Assembly (NCBI GenBank): GCA_963705305.1
Contig: OY970067.1
Span: 2,208,001 to 2,272,000 of the forward strand
Direction: 5' to 3'
Length of the DNA: 64,000 bases
DNA from: an uncultured Methylomirabilota bacterium
GTDB lineage: Bacteria > Methylomirabilota > Methylomirabilia > Methylomirabilales > 2-02-FULL-66-22
Positions 20,522 to 31,037 of the stretch are shown one piece after another. The notes under the pieces were generated by a model. That model was given only the letters and a program-made list of their open reading frames with translations, was not told where the DNA came from and ran no database searches. A program made the position numbers and the translations under genes. Within the stretch, counting starts at the first letter, position 1. The number at the start of each line of letters is the position of its first letter.

Positions 20522-21394
20522 ATGATCAAGCCAGCTCGGCAATCCGGCCACCGTCTGTCTGGCTGCCGCCGATTTGGTGCGGACCCCTCGCCCGCCAAGC
20601 CGTTGGCTGGCTTGAGGTCTGACAACATGGAGGTCCTTCAGTACCGCGAATTGATCTGGACCTTCACCCTCCGAGAGATTGCGGTCCGCTACAAGCAGGC
20701 GGTTCTCGGGGCTGCCTGGGCGATTATCCAGCCCCTGTCGATGATGATGGTCTTCACGCTCTTTTTCTCGCGGCTCATGCATATCCCAAGCGACGGCACC
20801 CCCTATCCGCTCTTTGTCTACAGCGCCCTCCTGCCGTGGACCTTCTTTGCAACGTCGCTTGCCTTCGCCGTTCCGAGCTTGACTAACAATACCCAACTCA
20901 TCACTAAGGTTTATTTCCCGAGGGAAGTTCTCCCTCTTGCATCAGTGCTGGCCGCGGGATTTGACTTCTGCATCGCCGGCCTCGTTCTCCTCGGCATGAT
21001 GTTGGTTTACCGAGTGCCCCTGACACTGTCGATTCTGTGGATTCTCCCCTTGCTCGCGATCCAGATCGTCTTCACGATAGGTGCAGCCCTTTTCTTCTCT
21101 GCGCTGAACGTCTCCTATCGGGACGTGCGGCACGCTGTGCCCCTTGTGATCCAACTCTGGATGTTTGCCACCCCGGTCATTTACCCCGCCAGCGTCGTGC
21201 CTGATCGGTACCGGACCCTGTATTTCCTGAATCCAATGGCTGCCATCATTGAGGGCTTCCGCCAGGTCCTGGTCCGAGGGCTGGCCCCCGATCTGCGGCT
21301 CCTGGTTCCGGCGGCGGCGGTCGCCGGGATCGTCCTCTGGGCATCTTACCGCTATTTCAAAAAGGCCGAAGACACCTTTGCGGACGTGATCTGA
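20522..21394 (+). CDS. wzm: ABC-2 polysaccharide exporter permease (start may be 20627)
   Basis: YRELI, VRYKQAVLGAAWAIIQP, LITKVYFPRE, LNPM, FADVI. Confidence 0.92.
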   Translation: MIKPARQSGHRLSGCRRFGADPSPAKPLAGLRSDNMEVLQYRELIWTFTLREIAVRYKQAVLGAAWAIIQPLSMMMVFTLFFSRLMHIPSDGTPYPLFVYSALLPWTFFATSLAFAVPSLTNNTQLITKVYFPREVLPLASVLAAGFDFCIAGLVLLGMMLVYRVPLTLSILWILPLLAIQIVFTIGAALFFSALNVSYRDVRHAVPLVIQLWMFATPVIYPASVVPDRYRTLYFLNPMAAIIEGFRQVLVRGLAPDLRLLVPAAAVAGIVLWASYRYFKKAEDTFADVI

Positions 21395-21395
21395 C

Positions 21396-22610
21396 ATGGC
21401 TGCCGTGGTGCTCGATGGCATCTGGAAAAAATACCGACGCGGCGGTCCGCACTATCGCTCCCTGCGGGAGGAAGTGACCGAGCTGTTCCGCTCCACTTTT
21501 CGAGCGAGGAAGGCAAGTGCAGTTCAGGAGGAGTTCTGGGCGCTGCAGGATTTCAGTCTTCGGGTAAGTCGGGGAGATGTCGTCGGCATCATAGGTCGAA
21601 ACGGAGCCGGCAAGAGTACGCTGCTGAAGATTGTGTCGCGAATCACCAAACCCACTTTGGGACGCGTGGAGGTGTCGGGCCGGGTGGGCAGCCTCTTGGA
21701 GGTGGGGACCGGGTTTCATCCCGAATTGACCGGCCGCGAGAATATCTACCTGAATGGCGCCATACTCGGCATGCGACGAGCCGAGGTCCGTCGTCGATTT
21801 GATGAGATCCTGGCTTTCGCAGGGACGGAGAAATTTGTCGACACACCAGTGAAGTACTACAGCAGCGGGATGTTCATGCGTCTGGGTTTTGCCGTGGCAG
21901 CCCACCTGGAGCCCGAGATCTTGCTGGTCGATGAAGTCCTCTCGGTGGGGGATGCGGAATTCCAGAGGAAGTGTCTGGGAAAGATGGGACAGGTTGCGGA
22001 AGAGGGACGGGCGGTCCTCTTCGTGAGTCACGACCTGCACGCGATCTCCACGCTCACTCGTCGGGCGATCCTTCTCGACGCGGGACGGATGCTCTTCGAT
22101 GGCGATACTGCCTCTGCACTCAGGTGCTATCGGGATCTGTGGGGTGAGAAACAGGGGCCTGCGGGCGAGTACATTGATCCTACCAAGGTGACCGGCGTCA
22201 GCTTCGCCCGGGTCATCACGTCCGAACCGAATCAGATCCACCGACACGGGGAGCCGCTCGTCTGCGAATTTGAGGTGGTCTTTGCGGACGCGCCCAAATC
22301 GGGTGCCTTCTCCTTCCAGATCTGTGATCAGCAGGCGAGGCCGGTTGCCCACCTCTGGTTGCACGATTCCGATCGCCGTTGGTCCCGGCAGGGACGCGTG
22401 CGGTTGCGATGCACCCTCCCGCGGCCCCGCCTCTACCTGGGGCGATATTATCTCGTGACCCATCTGGCGGATCGGGGCTCGACGGAACACATCGAGACGG
22501 TGGATGGCATCTGCGCGTTCGAGGTCGTCATGGACGGCATCTACCGGGAGTATCCCTGGGTGCCGGGAACGTGCGCCTACCTGGAGGATGCGGAATGGAC
22601 GACAGGATGA
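21396..22610 (+). CDS. wzt: Polysaccharide ABC exporter ATPase with C-terminal Wzt_C domain
   Basis: FWAL, GRNGAGKST, GFHPELTGREN, YSSGM..RLGFA, LLVDEVL; ~160-aa C-terminal extension. Confidence 0.93.
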   Translation: MAAVVLDGIWKKYRRGGPHYRSLREEVTELFRSTFRARKASAVQEEFWALQDFSLRVSRGDVVGIIGRNGAGKSTLLKIVSRITKPTLGRVEVSGRVGSLLEVGTGFHPELTGRENIYLNGAILGMRRAEVRRRFDEILAFAGTEKFVDTPVKYYSSGMFMRLGFAVAAHLEPEILLVDEVLSVGDAEFQRKCLGKMGQVAEEGRAVLFVSHDLHAISTLTRRAILLDAGRMLFDGDTASALRCYRDLWGEKQGPAGEYIDPTKVTGVSFARVITSEPNQIHRHGEPLVCEFEVVFADAPKSGAFSFQICDQQARPVAHLWLHDSDRRWSRQGRVRLRCTLPRPRLYLGRYYLVTHLADRGSTEHIETVDGICAFEVVMDGIYREYPWVPGTCAYLEDAEWTTG

Positions 22611-23317
22611 GACAGATTCTGCGTGGGCTGTTCCGCTTCTGGACGCCGGCAGGAGACGGTCTCGTCTCGCGGGCTCTCGACCATTGGGCGATCCGTCGTG
22701 CCCTCGAAGTCATGGTGGTACGCACCGACAACTTTCGGAACGCGAAGTGGCTGGGCCGACATCTCTGGCAGTTTCCTCTCGGCGTATGGGTTCTACAGGA
22801 GGTGATCGCTGAGATCAGGCCGGACGTCATCTTAGAGACAGGGACCTTCCGTGGCGGCTCGGCGTTCTTCTTTGCCTCCCTCTGCGACTTGCTGGATCAT
22901 GGCGAGGTCATAAGCGTGGACATCAACCCGGTGGCCACGATTCCACATCGCCGGATCACATACGTCCGAGGCTCATCGGCTGATCCAGCAGTCGTGGCGC
23001 ATGTGGCAGAACGTCTCCGTGCGCCAGCAGTAGGCCGCCTCCTGGTTGTCCTCGATTCCGACCACGCTGCGTCCCACGTCGAGGCGGAATTGGAGTGCTA
23101 CGCACCCCTGGTTCCCGTGGCGTCCTATATCCATGTGCAGGACGGCTGCATTGACGAGATGGCGTATCATCGGAGAGCCCGTCCCGGGCCGAAAAGGGCC
23201 GTGGAATCGTTTCTCCGGAGGCACGCCGAGTTCGTGCGGGATACGGAAATCGAGCTACGCTACGTCATGACCTATCACCCTTGCGGCTGGCTCAGGCGGA
23301 TCGCGCCTGGCCCTTGA
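22607..23317 (+). CDS. CmcI (cephalosporin hydroxylase)-family methyltransferase
   Basis: WLG..LWQFP, RPDVILETGTFRGGSA, VVLDSDH; ATGA overlap with wzt. Confidence 0.8.
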   Translation: MRQILRGLFRFWTPAGDGLVSRALDHWAIRRALEVMVVRTDNFRNAKWLGRHLWQFPLGVWVLQEVIAEIRPDVILETGTFRGGSAFFFASLCDLLDHGEVISVDINPVATIPHRRITYVRGSSADPAVVAHVAERLRAPAVGRLLVVLDSDHAASHVEAELECYAPLVPVASYIHVQDGCIDEMAYHRRARPGPKRAVESFLRRHAEFVRDTEIELRYVMTYHPCGWLRRIAPGP

Positions 23318-23396
23318 TCATCGGGCAGGCCCGGTAAGCGCCAGCAGGTTTTGGCAGGGATGGCGAAGGCAGGGGCATAGCCGGGGGAACGTCGGA

Positions 23397-24179
23397 ATGA
23401 AAATCTGGACGGCCATGCGAGATGCGCTTCGGAGACGCCCGTCCCCCGCAGCGGCTGCACGGGAGATCCCTGGTTTGTTGCCCATGTGCTCCCTCGGCGA
23501 ACTGTTCCATGGCATCGAGAAGATCGACCTACGCTTCCCGGTCTCGCGGTTGGAGCGCCGGGGTGAGTGGGCGCTTCCGCTTCCAGAATTGTTGACAGTA
23601 GCCGCCGTCTGCTCCTACACGCAGGCTCGCCGCATCTATGAAATGGGCACGTATACCGGTGCCACGACACTGGTGATGGCCATGAATGCACCCGAGGATG
23701 CGGACATATTTACGCTGGACCTGGATGCGGCCGACCGGGCTGCCCTGCGGACGACAGTGGATGGGGCCGATGCGTCGGCCTTCGTCGTGGGGGCATGCTA
23801 CCGTGACACCTGCTTTGCCAACAGGGTGCACCAGCTCCTCGGGAATACGTTGACGTTCGATCACAGCCCATACTATGGGACGATAGATCTTGTCTTGATC
23901 GATGCAAATCATACTTATCCCTACGTAAGGCGCGATTCAGAGACGGCTTTCAGGCTCCTCCGGCCCGGAGGGACGATCATCTGGGATGATTACGCTTGGG
24001 AGGAGCGGCATCCGGACTGCGCCGGCGTCGCCCAGCGTCTCAACGAGCTGGCGTCGACTCACCGCTTGTTCCAAATCCACGGGACACGACTGGCGATCTA
24101 TCTTGACAGGGGCGAAAGCCAGACCGAGCCGCGGTTCAGCATGGCAAAAGCGCCACAGGCCCGCGGGGACCTGGATTGA
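23397..24179 (+). CDS. Class I SAM-dependent methyltransferase (Methyltransf_24-like)
   Basis: YEMGTYTG, DLVLIDANHTY, LRPGGTIIWDDY. Confidence 0.8.
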   Translation: MKIWTAMRDALRRRPSPAAAAREIPGLLPMCSLGELFHGIEKIDLRFPVSRLERRGEWALPLPELLTVAAVCSYTQARRIYEMGTYTGATTLVMAMNAPEDADIFTLDLDAADRAALRTTVDGADASAFVVGACYRDTCFANRVHQLLGNTLTFDHSPYYGTIDLVLIDANHTYPYVRRDSETAFRLLRPGGTIIWDDYAWEERHPDCAGVAQRLNELASTHRLFQIHGTRLAIYLDRGESQTEPRFSMAKAPQARGDLD

Positions 24180-25453
24180 CAGTAGGACGATCCGAAGATC
24201 GCATGGGACTCCGCGTGCTGGTAATGACGAATCTCTACCCCCCCCATTACATCGGAGGGTACGAGCTGGTTTGCCTGGATGTCGTCAACTATCTCCGGAA
24301 CCGGGGCCATGCCGTGACCGTGCTGACCAGCACCTACGGCCTGGCCCGGCCGCGAGTTGACGGGGAGGTCCACCGGGTGCTGGCGTTTCCCCAGCCGGCA
24401 ACGCTCTCCCGCCGCGAGCTAATTCAACGGGAGTGGCGGCACCGCCAGGCGTTTCGTCGTGCCCTTGCCGAGGCGAAGCCTGACGTGATTCACGTTTTCA
24501 GCCTGTACGGGGTGCCCCAAAGCTTGCTCTACGCTGCCCACCGATCCGGAGTCCCGGTTGTGTACGATTTCTCGGCGGAGTGGCTCTCCCTGGGCTGCCT
24601 CGACGACCTCTGGGTGCGTTTCTGGGCTGCTCCAGCGGGCCGGCCGTACCGTCAGGCCTCGAAGGCAGTTGTCCGGCGGGTCCTTGACCTCTGGCTTCCA
24701 ACTGGCCGCGAGTGCCTTGACCTCTCCTGCAGTTACTTCACCAGTCGACGAATCCGGGAGATCTTCGTTGGGAAGGGCTTTCCGGTCGCAGACGCCGCGA
24801 TCATCTATCGCGGGGTGGACCTTGGCCGGTTTCATCCGGAGACTCGCCAGGTCCAGGACGGGCCGGTCCGACTGCTCTTTGCGGGCAGGCTGGCCAGGGA
24901 CAAGGGGTTTCATACAGTCGTCGAAGCAATGGAGATCATGGCGCGAGCAGGAACGGTGGAACGAGTGGCCCTCAGCGCCGCGGGTCTTCCGCAAGATCCC
25001 GAATATCTCGCCGGGCTCCAGCGCACGCTTCACGCCTCTTCCTTACGCGAGCATGTCCGCTTCCTCGGGCAGGTCCCCTGGGAGCGGATGCCGGACCTCT
25101 ACCGGGATCACGATGTCTACCTGCTTCCCTCTGTCTTCGAGGAGCCGTTTTCAATCGGGCTACTGGAGGCGATGGCCTCCGGGCTGGCGGTTGTGGGTAC
25201 GATGACGGGCGGGAGTCGCGAGGTGCTCGTGGATGAGGAGAACAGCCTGACGTTTCCGGCGGAGAATGCTCCCGCCCTGGCCGCTCAGCTTCAGCGCGTG
25301 CTCGATCCGGCTCTGCGTGCCCGCCTTGCTGCAGCGGGGCGGCGAACCGTCGAGCAACGGTTCCCGCTGGACCGGATCCTCTCGGAGATTGAAGCCTTTC
25401 TGCAGAATGCAGTGGCGCGGCATCGGGCCGGATGGCGCGGGGGCTGGATGTGA
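24176..25453 (+). CDS. Glycosyltransferase family 4
   Basis: NLYPPHYIGGYE, FAGRL..DKG, EEPFSIGLLEAMASG. Confidence 0.9.
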   Translation: MTVGRSEDRMGLRVLVMTNLYPPHYIGGYELVCLDVVNYLRNRGHAVTVLTSTYGLARPRVDGEVHRVLAFPQPATLSRRELIQREWRHRQAFRRALAEAKPDVIHVFSLYGVPQSLLYAAHRSGVPVVYDFSAEWLSLGCLDDLWVRFWAAPAGRPYRQASKAVVRRVLDLWLPTGRECLDLSCSYFTSRRIREIFVGKGFPVADAAIIYRGVDLGRFHPETRQVQDGPVRLLFAGRLARDKGFHTVVEAMEIMARAGTVERVALSAAGLPQDPEYLAGLQRTLHASSLREHVRFLGQVPWERMPDLYRDHDVYLLPSVFEEPFSIGLLEAMASGLAVVGTMTGGSREVLVDEENSLTFPAENAPALAAQLQRVLDPALRARLAAAGRRTVEQRFPLDRILSEIEAFLQNAVARHRAGWRGGWM

Positions 25454-26760
25454 GGATCCTGGTGGTAACCCCCCAGATTCCCCGCTTTCCGGGTCCGGGA
25501 GGCGAGGCACGGCAGTTCTGTCTGCTCCGCGAGCTGTGTTCGCGCCATACCTTCACGGTGATGCCACTGGTATGGGCGGGGAGCGAGCACCTCCTCGAGT
25601 TCCTTAGGGCGTTGCCCCTTGCGGTGGATCCCATTCCGGCTGGCGAGACCGTCCAGGACGGGAGGAAGCGGGAAACCGGAGTGAACTCCGTTCGCCGTCG
25701 CCTCCGCGACCGGTACCCCGGTCTCGCCGCGGGATATCGCTCGGTCACCCGAGCTGGTGGGAAGCTGACGGAAGACCTCCGGATCCTCTCCCCGGCCCCG
25801 CAGCGGACCGCAGTCACCCGGGCGGCGGGCCAGGCGGTCCGCCGGAAGCTGGGCGGGATCCGGCTCGAGGCCTTTGACCTCATCCAGGTGGAGCATGCCC
25901 ACGCCGGTCACTGGCTCTCGGGGCTAGACATTCGGATTCCCAAGCTCCTTGTCTGCCTCGATATCGACAGCCTCATCGCCCGCCGGCGAGCGGATCTCCA
26001 GACGCGATTCGGCCACCGGCTAGCGGCATGGGTCGAGTGGCAGAAACTTCGGCGCTATGAGCGGCAGATAGCCGGGATCTACGGCAACTGCGTCACCGTC
26101 TCGGAGGAGGATCGCGCGGCGCTCCGATCCCTGGCGCCTGCCGCTCGAACCTGGGTCGTGCCCAACGGCGTGGACCCCGCCTACTTCCACCGGGCGGATC
26201 CGAGCCGGGAAGAGGCCGGCAGCCTGGTCTTCACTGGGACGATGTTCTGGGAGCCCAACGTGGATGCCATGATCTCTTTCTGTGCCGACATCCTGCCCCG
26301 GATTCGCCGGCAACACCCCAAGGTCCGCATGACGATCGTGGGGGCGGAGCCGTCCCAGGCGGTGCGGGGACTGGCAGCGCACGACGGAGTCATCGTCACC
26401 GGAACGGTGGAGGACGTTCGGCCGTACATCGCCGCGGCCAGCGTCTATGTGGTTCCGCTCCGCAACGGAGGGGGGACTCGGCTGAAGATCCTCGAGGCCA
26501 TGGCCATGGGAAAGGCCGTAGTCTCGACCTCGGTCGGGTGCGAGGGGCTCCGGGTAAGCAAGGACCGAGAGCTGGTGGTGGCGGACGGATCCGAGGCGCT
26601 TGCCGAAGCCGTCTGCCGCCTATTGGAAGATCCAGCGGAACGGCAAGCATTGGGAGAGACAGCCCGGCGGGCCGTGATGGATCGGTATGATTGGCGGATC
26701 ATTGCCAGACAGCAGGATGCAGTGTACACCGCGCTGGCTCAAGACGCGCCGGCGGGCTGA
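25450..26760 (+). CDS. Glycosyltransferase family 4
   Basis: VVPNGVD, FTGTM.WEPN, GGGTRLKILEAMAMG; GTGA overlap. Confidence 0.9.
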   Translation: MRILVVTPQIPRFPGPGGEARQFCLLRELCSRHTFTVMPLVWAGSEHLLEFLRALPLAVDPIPAGETVQDGRKRETGVNSVRRRLRDRYPGLAAGYRSVTRAGGKLTEDLRILSPAPQRTAVTRAAGQAVRRKLGGIRLEAFDLIQVEHAHAGHWLSGLDIRIPKLLVCLDIDSLIARRRADLQTRFGHRLAAWVEWQKLRRYERQIAGIYGNCVTVSEEDRAALRSLAPAARTWVVPNGVDPAYFHRADPSREEAGSLVFTGTMFWEPNVDAMISFCADILPRIRRQHPKVRMTIVGAEPSQAVRGLAAHDGVIVTGTVEDVRPYIAAASVYVVPLRNGGGTRLKILEAMAMGKAVVSTSVGCEGLRVSKDRELVVADGSEALAEAVCRLLEDPAERQALGETARRAVMDRYDWRIIARQQDAVYTALAQDAPAG

Positions 26761-26777
26761 AGACGGGCGGTCCGGGC

Positions 26778-27611
26778 ATGGGGTGCCAGCGGTTCGAGAC
26801 GGGGTTAAGGGCTTGGCTGGAGGCTCCCGAGAAAGGAGGGCATCCCCTCCGGGAGTTCTGGATTCGGGATCATCTCGAGCGTGTGGGCTTCGCGCAACGG
26901 CTTCACCTGCCGCTGGCTGGATCGGCCGGACTCCGAGCGGGGTCCCGGGTCCTGGATTTGGGCTGCGGAACGGCGGGTACGGGGGTGGCCTTTGCCCTGG
27001 CGGGGCACCGCGTCCTGGGGGTAGATTCGTCGCTCCATATGCTCGAGCTGGCCGGTCTCCGCGCGGCAGATGAGGGGGCGGAGCTCCGGCGCGTCGCGGG
27101 GGACGGCCGACGGCTTCCCCTCTGCACGAGCCGTTTCGACCTCGTCGTCTGCGACCAGGTGATCGAGCACGTGGAGAGATACCCGGAGTTGCTGGAGGAG
27201 GCATACCGGGTCCTCAAACCCGGGGGGCTCCTGCTCCTGTCTGCTCCCCACCGCCTGGCGCTCCACGAGCGGCATACGGATCTTCTCTTTGCCGGCTGGC
27301 TGCCCCATTGGCTGGCCGGCCGGTATGCCCACCTGAGGGGGCGGCGGACGCCGGACGAGCCATGGGATGTGTGGCTGGAGCTTCCGTGGCGAATCCGCCG
27401 GCGTCTCGGCCAAGCGGGGTTCGAGGAAGTCCGCAGCCCGTGGCGGCAGCTCCGGCGGCCACCGGCGGAGGGGTCGCGTATCCGACGGGCCTTGGCGCGG
27501 ATCGGCCCCCTGGTTCACTTGGTCCACTGGGCCTTTCGCTGGTACGGGTTTCTCTTCGGAACGGTGACTTTCCTTCTGCTGAAGCCCGGCCGGCCCGAGG
27601 AGGTTTCATGA
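26778..27611 (+). CDS. Class I SAM-dependent methyltransferase
   Basis: VLDLGCGT, FDLV, VIEHV, RVLKPGG. Confidence 0.85.
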   Translation: MGCQRFETGLRAWLEAPEKGGHPLREFWIRDHLERVGFAQRLHLPLAGSAGLRAGSRVLDLGCGTAGTGVAFALAGHRVLGVDSSLHMLELAGLRAADEGAELRRVAGDGRRLPLCTSRFDLVVCDQVIEHVERYPELLEEAYRVLKPGGLLLLSAPHRLALHERHTDLLFAGWLPHWLAGRYAHLRGRRTPDEPWDVWLELPWRIRRRLGQAGFEEVRSPWRQLRRPPAEGSRIRRALARIGPLVHLVHWAFRWYGFLFGTVTFLLLKPGRPEEVS

Positions 27612-28642
27612 CGGCGGCCCCGCGGGTGGCGCTGATCGTCCAGCGGGCCCTCCACCATGCCGGGCCCTCCGGATACCATCAGCTGGCGATGCACCTGGCG
27701 GCCAGAGGAGAGGCCGTAGAGTGCGTGCACGGTTTTCCTCGCCGGGGTGTATGGAGGCTGACCCAACCGGCAGTGCGCCGCTCCGGGCTTTCCTGGTATG
27801 GTCCGGAGGCGTGCCTCACCGAGGCCTGGGCGGCCGCTGTCACGGCCTGGCGGCGCCCGATCCTCCATTTCCTGCAGGGGGAGAACAGCTACCGGTATGC
27901 CGCCGCCATCCCCGGCAATCCCGGTCGGCGGCTGGTGGCAACGTTTCACCTGCCCCCGTCGGTGTTCGGGCAGTACGTCCGGGACACACGGCACCTCGAG
28001 CGACTGGCCACCGTGATCTTCGTGGCCCGGAATCAACTAGCGCTCCTGGACGGGATGCGGCGGCGGCCGCCGGCCTTCGTGATTCCGCACGGTATCGATA
28101 CCGAGTTCTATCGACCGCCGGCCTCGCCGCCGGTTGGGGGGATGTGCCTGGTAGTTGGGCAATGGCTGCGGGACTTTGCCACCCTGGAGGCTGTGATCGG
28201 CCGCGTCCGGCAAGTCCGGTCCGACCTGCGCTTTGTCCTGGTGCTCCCTGCCGACCGGGCGGCGGCGTGGCAGGGACGTCCCGGGGTCGAGGTGCGCTCC
28301 GGTCTCGATGGGGCAGCGCTCCTCCGCTGTTACCACGAGGCGGCGCTCCTCTTGATGCCCTTGCTGGACTGCACGGCCAACAACGCCATTCTTGAGGCCA
28401 TGGCCTGCGGGCTCCCTCTGGTGGTCACGGATGTCGGGGGGGTGCGCGACTACGTGGACGCGTCCTGCGCCGTCCTGACTCCCCCGGGGGATGTCGGCGA
28501 GATGGCCCGGGCGATGCTCGATGTCTTCCGCGATTCCGGCTGGCGGGCGGCCATGGGCAGGGCCGCGCGGGCGCGCGCCGAGGGTTTCGCCTGGCCGCGG
28601 GTGGTCGACCAGATCCTCGCGGTGTACCGAGGGATCCGATGA
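27608..28642 (+). CDS. Glycosyltransferase family 4
   Basis: IPHGIDT, VGQWLRD, TANNAILEAMACGLP. Confidence 0.85.
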   Translation: MTAAPRVALIVQRALHHAGPSGYHQLAMHLAARGEAVECVHGFPRRGVWRLTQPAVRRSGLSWYGPEACLTEAWAAAVTAWRRPILHFLQGENSYRYAAAIPGNPGRRLVATFHLPPSVFGQYVRDTRHLERLATVIFVARNQLALLDGMRRRPPAFVIPHGIDTEFYRPPASPPVGGMCLVVGQWLRDFATLEAVIGRVRQVRSDLRFVLVLPADRAAAWQGRPGVEVRSGLDGAALLRCYHEAALLLMPLLDCTANNAILEAMACGLPLVVTDVGGVRDYVDASCAVLTPPGDVGEMARAMLDVFRDSGWRAAMGRAARARAEGFAWPRVVDQILAVYRGIR

Positions 28643-29865
28643 CGGAGGCGCCTCGGGAGCCGGCCGTGCCGGAAGAAGGCATGTCGCGAAACCTCCAAAG
28701 CTTACGGGTCTGCCTGGCCTCCCCCCTGTTTCCTCCGGCTGTGGGGGGAGAGGAGCGGGTTGCCGATCTGCTTGCCCGCGGATTGTCCAAGGCCGGGCAC
28801 CGGGTCACCGTGACCACGCAGCGCATTGCGGGGGCGGCGGCGGAGGTCCGGGACGGCGTCCGGATTGACCGAGTCATCCGACCGGTCTCCCGCGGGCCGC
28901 TCTACGGACCGACCTACGTTGCGTCCCTGGCAGGATTCCTCGTCCGCCGCCGTGGCGCTTTCGATGTGATCCAAACGTCCTATCTGTATTGGGACGCTGT
29001 GACCGCCGCCCTCCTCAAGTCCCTCCTGAAGGTCCGGCTCGTGGTGCGGATTGTCGTGGCGGGTCCTGGTGGGGATCTGGATCGCTTCACCGGCATGCGG
29101 TTCTGGCCCTTGGCCGCAGGCCTGGACCGGCCCACGCTCGAGAGTCTGGTCCGGCTGGTGCTGCGTCGGGCGGATGCGTTCATCGTCTTGAACGAAACGA
29201 CCGCCGGCGAGCTGGCGGCGCGAGGAGTCCACCGCGAGCGATGCCACATTGTGCCAAACGGCGTTGACGTGGCGGCGTTTCGCCGCCGGGAAGCGGTGCG
29301 GAGGCCCGAGGGGCCGTGGCGAGTCGTGTGCGTGGGGCGACTGGTTAGCCAAAAAGGTCAAGACCTCTTGCTGCGCGCGCTCCCCCGGGCGCGCGCCGTC
29401 GCCGGCCCGGTCTCATTGACGCTGGTGGGAGGCGGCCCCGACCGCCCCGACCTGGAAAGGCTGACGGCGGAGCTCGGCCTCGGCCACGCGGTGCACTTCG
29501 CGGGGCAGGTAAAGGACGTGAGGCCGGCGCTCGACGAGGCGGACCTATTCGTTCTGCCCTCCCGGTTCGAGGGGCACCCGCTGGCCCTTCTGGAGGCCAT
29601 GGCGGCAGGGCTTCCTATCGTGGCGACCGCCGTAGCCGGAAACACGGACGCCATCCGCCCGGGGGAGGACGGTCTTCTGGTCCGCCCGGAAGATCCTGCC
29701 GCCTTGGCCGAAGCCATCGGGGCCCTTCTTGTCGACCGGAAGCGGGCCACACGCCTGGGGACGGCGGCACGGGCCAGGGTGGCCGAACAGTTCTCCGCGG
29801 AGACCATGGTGGCGCAGACTCTGGAAGTATTCCGCGCGGTGTACGCCCCTCCGCGGGCGACCTGA
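28639..29865 (+). CDS. Glycosyltransferase family 4
   Basis: VGGEE, VPNGVD, VGRL..QKG, EGHPLALLEAMAAG. Confidence 0.9.
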   Translation: MTEAPREPAVPEEGMSRNLQSLRVCLASPLFPPAVGGEERVADLLARGLSKAGHRVTVTTQRIAGAAAEVRDGVRIDRVIRPVSRGPLYGPTYVASLAGFLVRRRGAFDVIQTSYLYWDAVTAALLKSLLKVRLVVRIVVAGPGGDLDRFTGMRFWPLAAGLDRPTLESLVRLVLRRADAFIVLNETTAGELAARGVHRERCHIVPNGVDVAAFRRREAVRRPEGPWRVVCVGRLVSQKGQDLLLRALPRARAVAGPVSLTLVGGGPDRPDLERLTAELGLGHAVHFAGQVKDVRPALDEADLFVLPSRFEGHPLALLEAMAAGLPIVATAVAGNTDAIRPGEDGLLVRPEDPAALAEAIGALLVDRKRATRLGTAARARVAEQFSAETMVAQTLEVFRAVYAPPRAT

Positions 29866-29873
29866 GCAGCGAG

Positions 29874-31037
29874 GTGGGCGTGAAACCGGTCAAGATCCTC
29901 TATCTCATCGGGACCCTGGAACGGGGCGGAACCGAGGGGCAATTGGTCGAGCTGGCTACGCGCCTCGATCCGAACCGGTTTCGGCCGGTGGTCTGCTCAC
30001 TGTCGCTGGGTGGGCCCTACGTTGAGACGCTTCGCGAGGCGGGGGTTCCGGTGCACATCGTCGGCTTCCGTGGGTTCAAGCACGGACTCTGGACCGTCCT
30101 CTATCTCCCCCGGATCGCGGAGGAACTGCGGCGGCTCACCCGCCTCATGCGGGCGGAGCAGCCAGCCATTGTTCATGGCTTTCTGTTTTGGGCGTACATC
30201 ATCGGGACCTTTGCGGCTAAGGCGGTGCGGGTGCCCATCGTGGTGGCCAGCCGAAGAAGCCTGGGGTGGTTCAAGGCGCAGAAGCCTCACTACCTCCGGT
30301 TGGAGCGCCTGGCCAATCGGTGGACGGATCTGCTGGTTGCAAATTCTGAGGCGGTCAAGCAGGATGTGATGGCCAGGGAGCGGATGCCTTCGGCGAAGAT
30401 CCGTGTGGTATACAACGGGATCGATGCCGATCGGTACGCACGACCCCCCGATCCGATCCTCCGCGAGGAGCTGGGAATTCCGGCGGGGGCGCCGGTCATC
30501 GGGGTGGTGGCGAACCTGATCCACTACAAGGGCCATCTGGTTTTGCTGGAGGCCTGCCGGCGGATCCGCGAGGCCAGGCCGGACACCCGGGTTCTGCTGG
30601 TTGGCGAGGGCCCCTGTCGGAAAGAGCTGCATCGCAGGGCGGCCAACCTCGGTGTGGCCGAAATGGTCTGCTTCCTGGGAAGCCGGCGGGACGTTCCGGA
30701 GCTGCTCGCCCAGATCTCTGTGGCAGCCCTTCCCTCCCTGGAGGAGGGGTTTCCCAACGCGGTGCTAGAGGCCATGGCGGCAGGAAAACCGGTGGTGGCC
30801 AGCCGTGTGGGCGGAGTCCCTGAGGCTGTCCGTCACGGCGAGACGGGTCTCCTAGTCCCGCCGGGGGATCCGGATGCGCTGGCCGAGGGGCTGCTTGCCC
30901 TGCTTGCCGATCCGAAACGTGCGGCTGTCATGGGGCGGGCAGGGAAAGAGCGAGCACGCGTGCAGTTCGACATGGATCGCATGGTTCGGGAGATGGAGGC
31001 AATCTACGAGGAGCTGCTCAGTGCCGCTCGACATTAG
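29874..31037 (+). CDS. Glycosyltransferase family 4
   Basis: GGTEGQL, VYNGID, KGH, EGFPNAVLEAMAAG. Confidence 0.9.
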   Translation: MGVKPVKILYLIGTLERGGTEGQLVELATRLDPNRFRPVVCSLSLGGPYVETLREAGVPVHIVGFRGFKHGLWTVLYLPRIAEELRRLTRLMRAEQPAIVHGFLFWAYIIGTFAAKAVRVPIVVASRRSLGWFKAQKPHYLRLERLANRWTDLLVANSEAVKQDVMARERMPSAKIRVVYNGIDADRYARPPDPILREELGIPAGAPVIGVVANLIHYKGHLVLLEACRRIREARPDTRVLLVGEGPCRKELHRRAANLGVAEMVCFLGSRRDVPELLAQISVAALPSLEEGFPNAVLEAMAAGKPVVASRVGGVPEAVRHGETGLLVPPGDPDALAEGLLALLADPKRAAVMGRAGKERARVQFDMDRMVREMEAIYEELLSAARH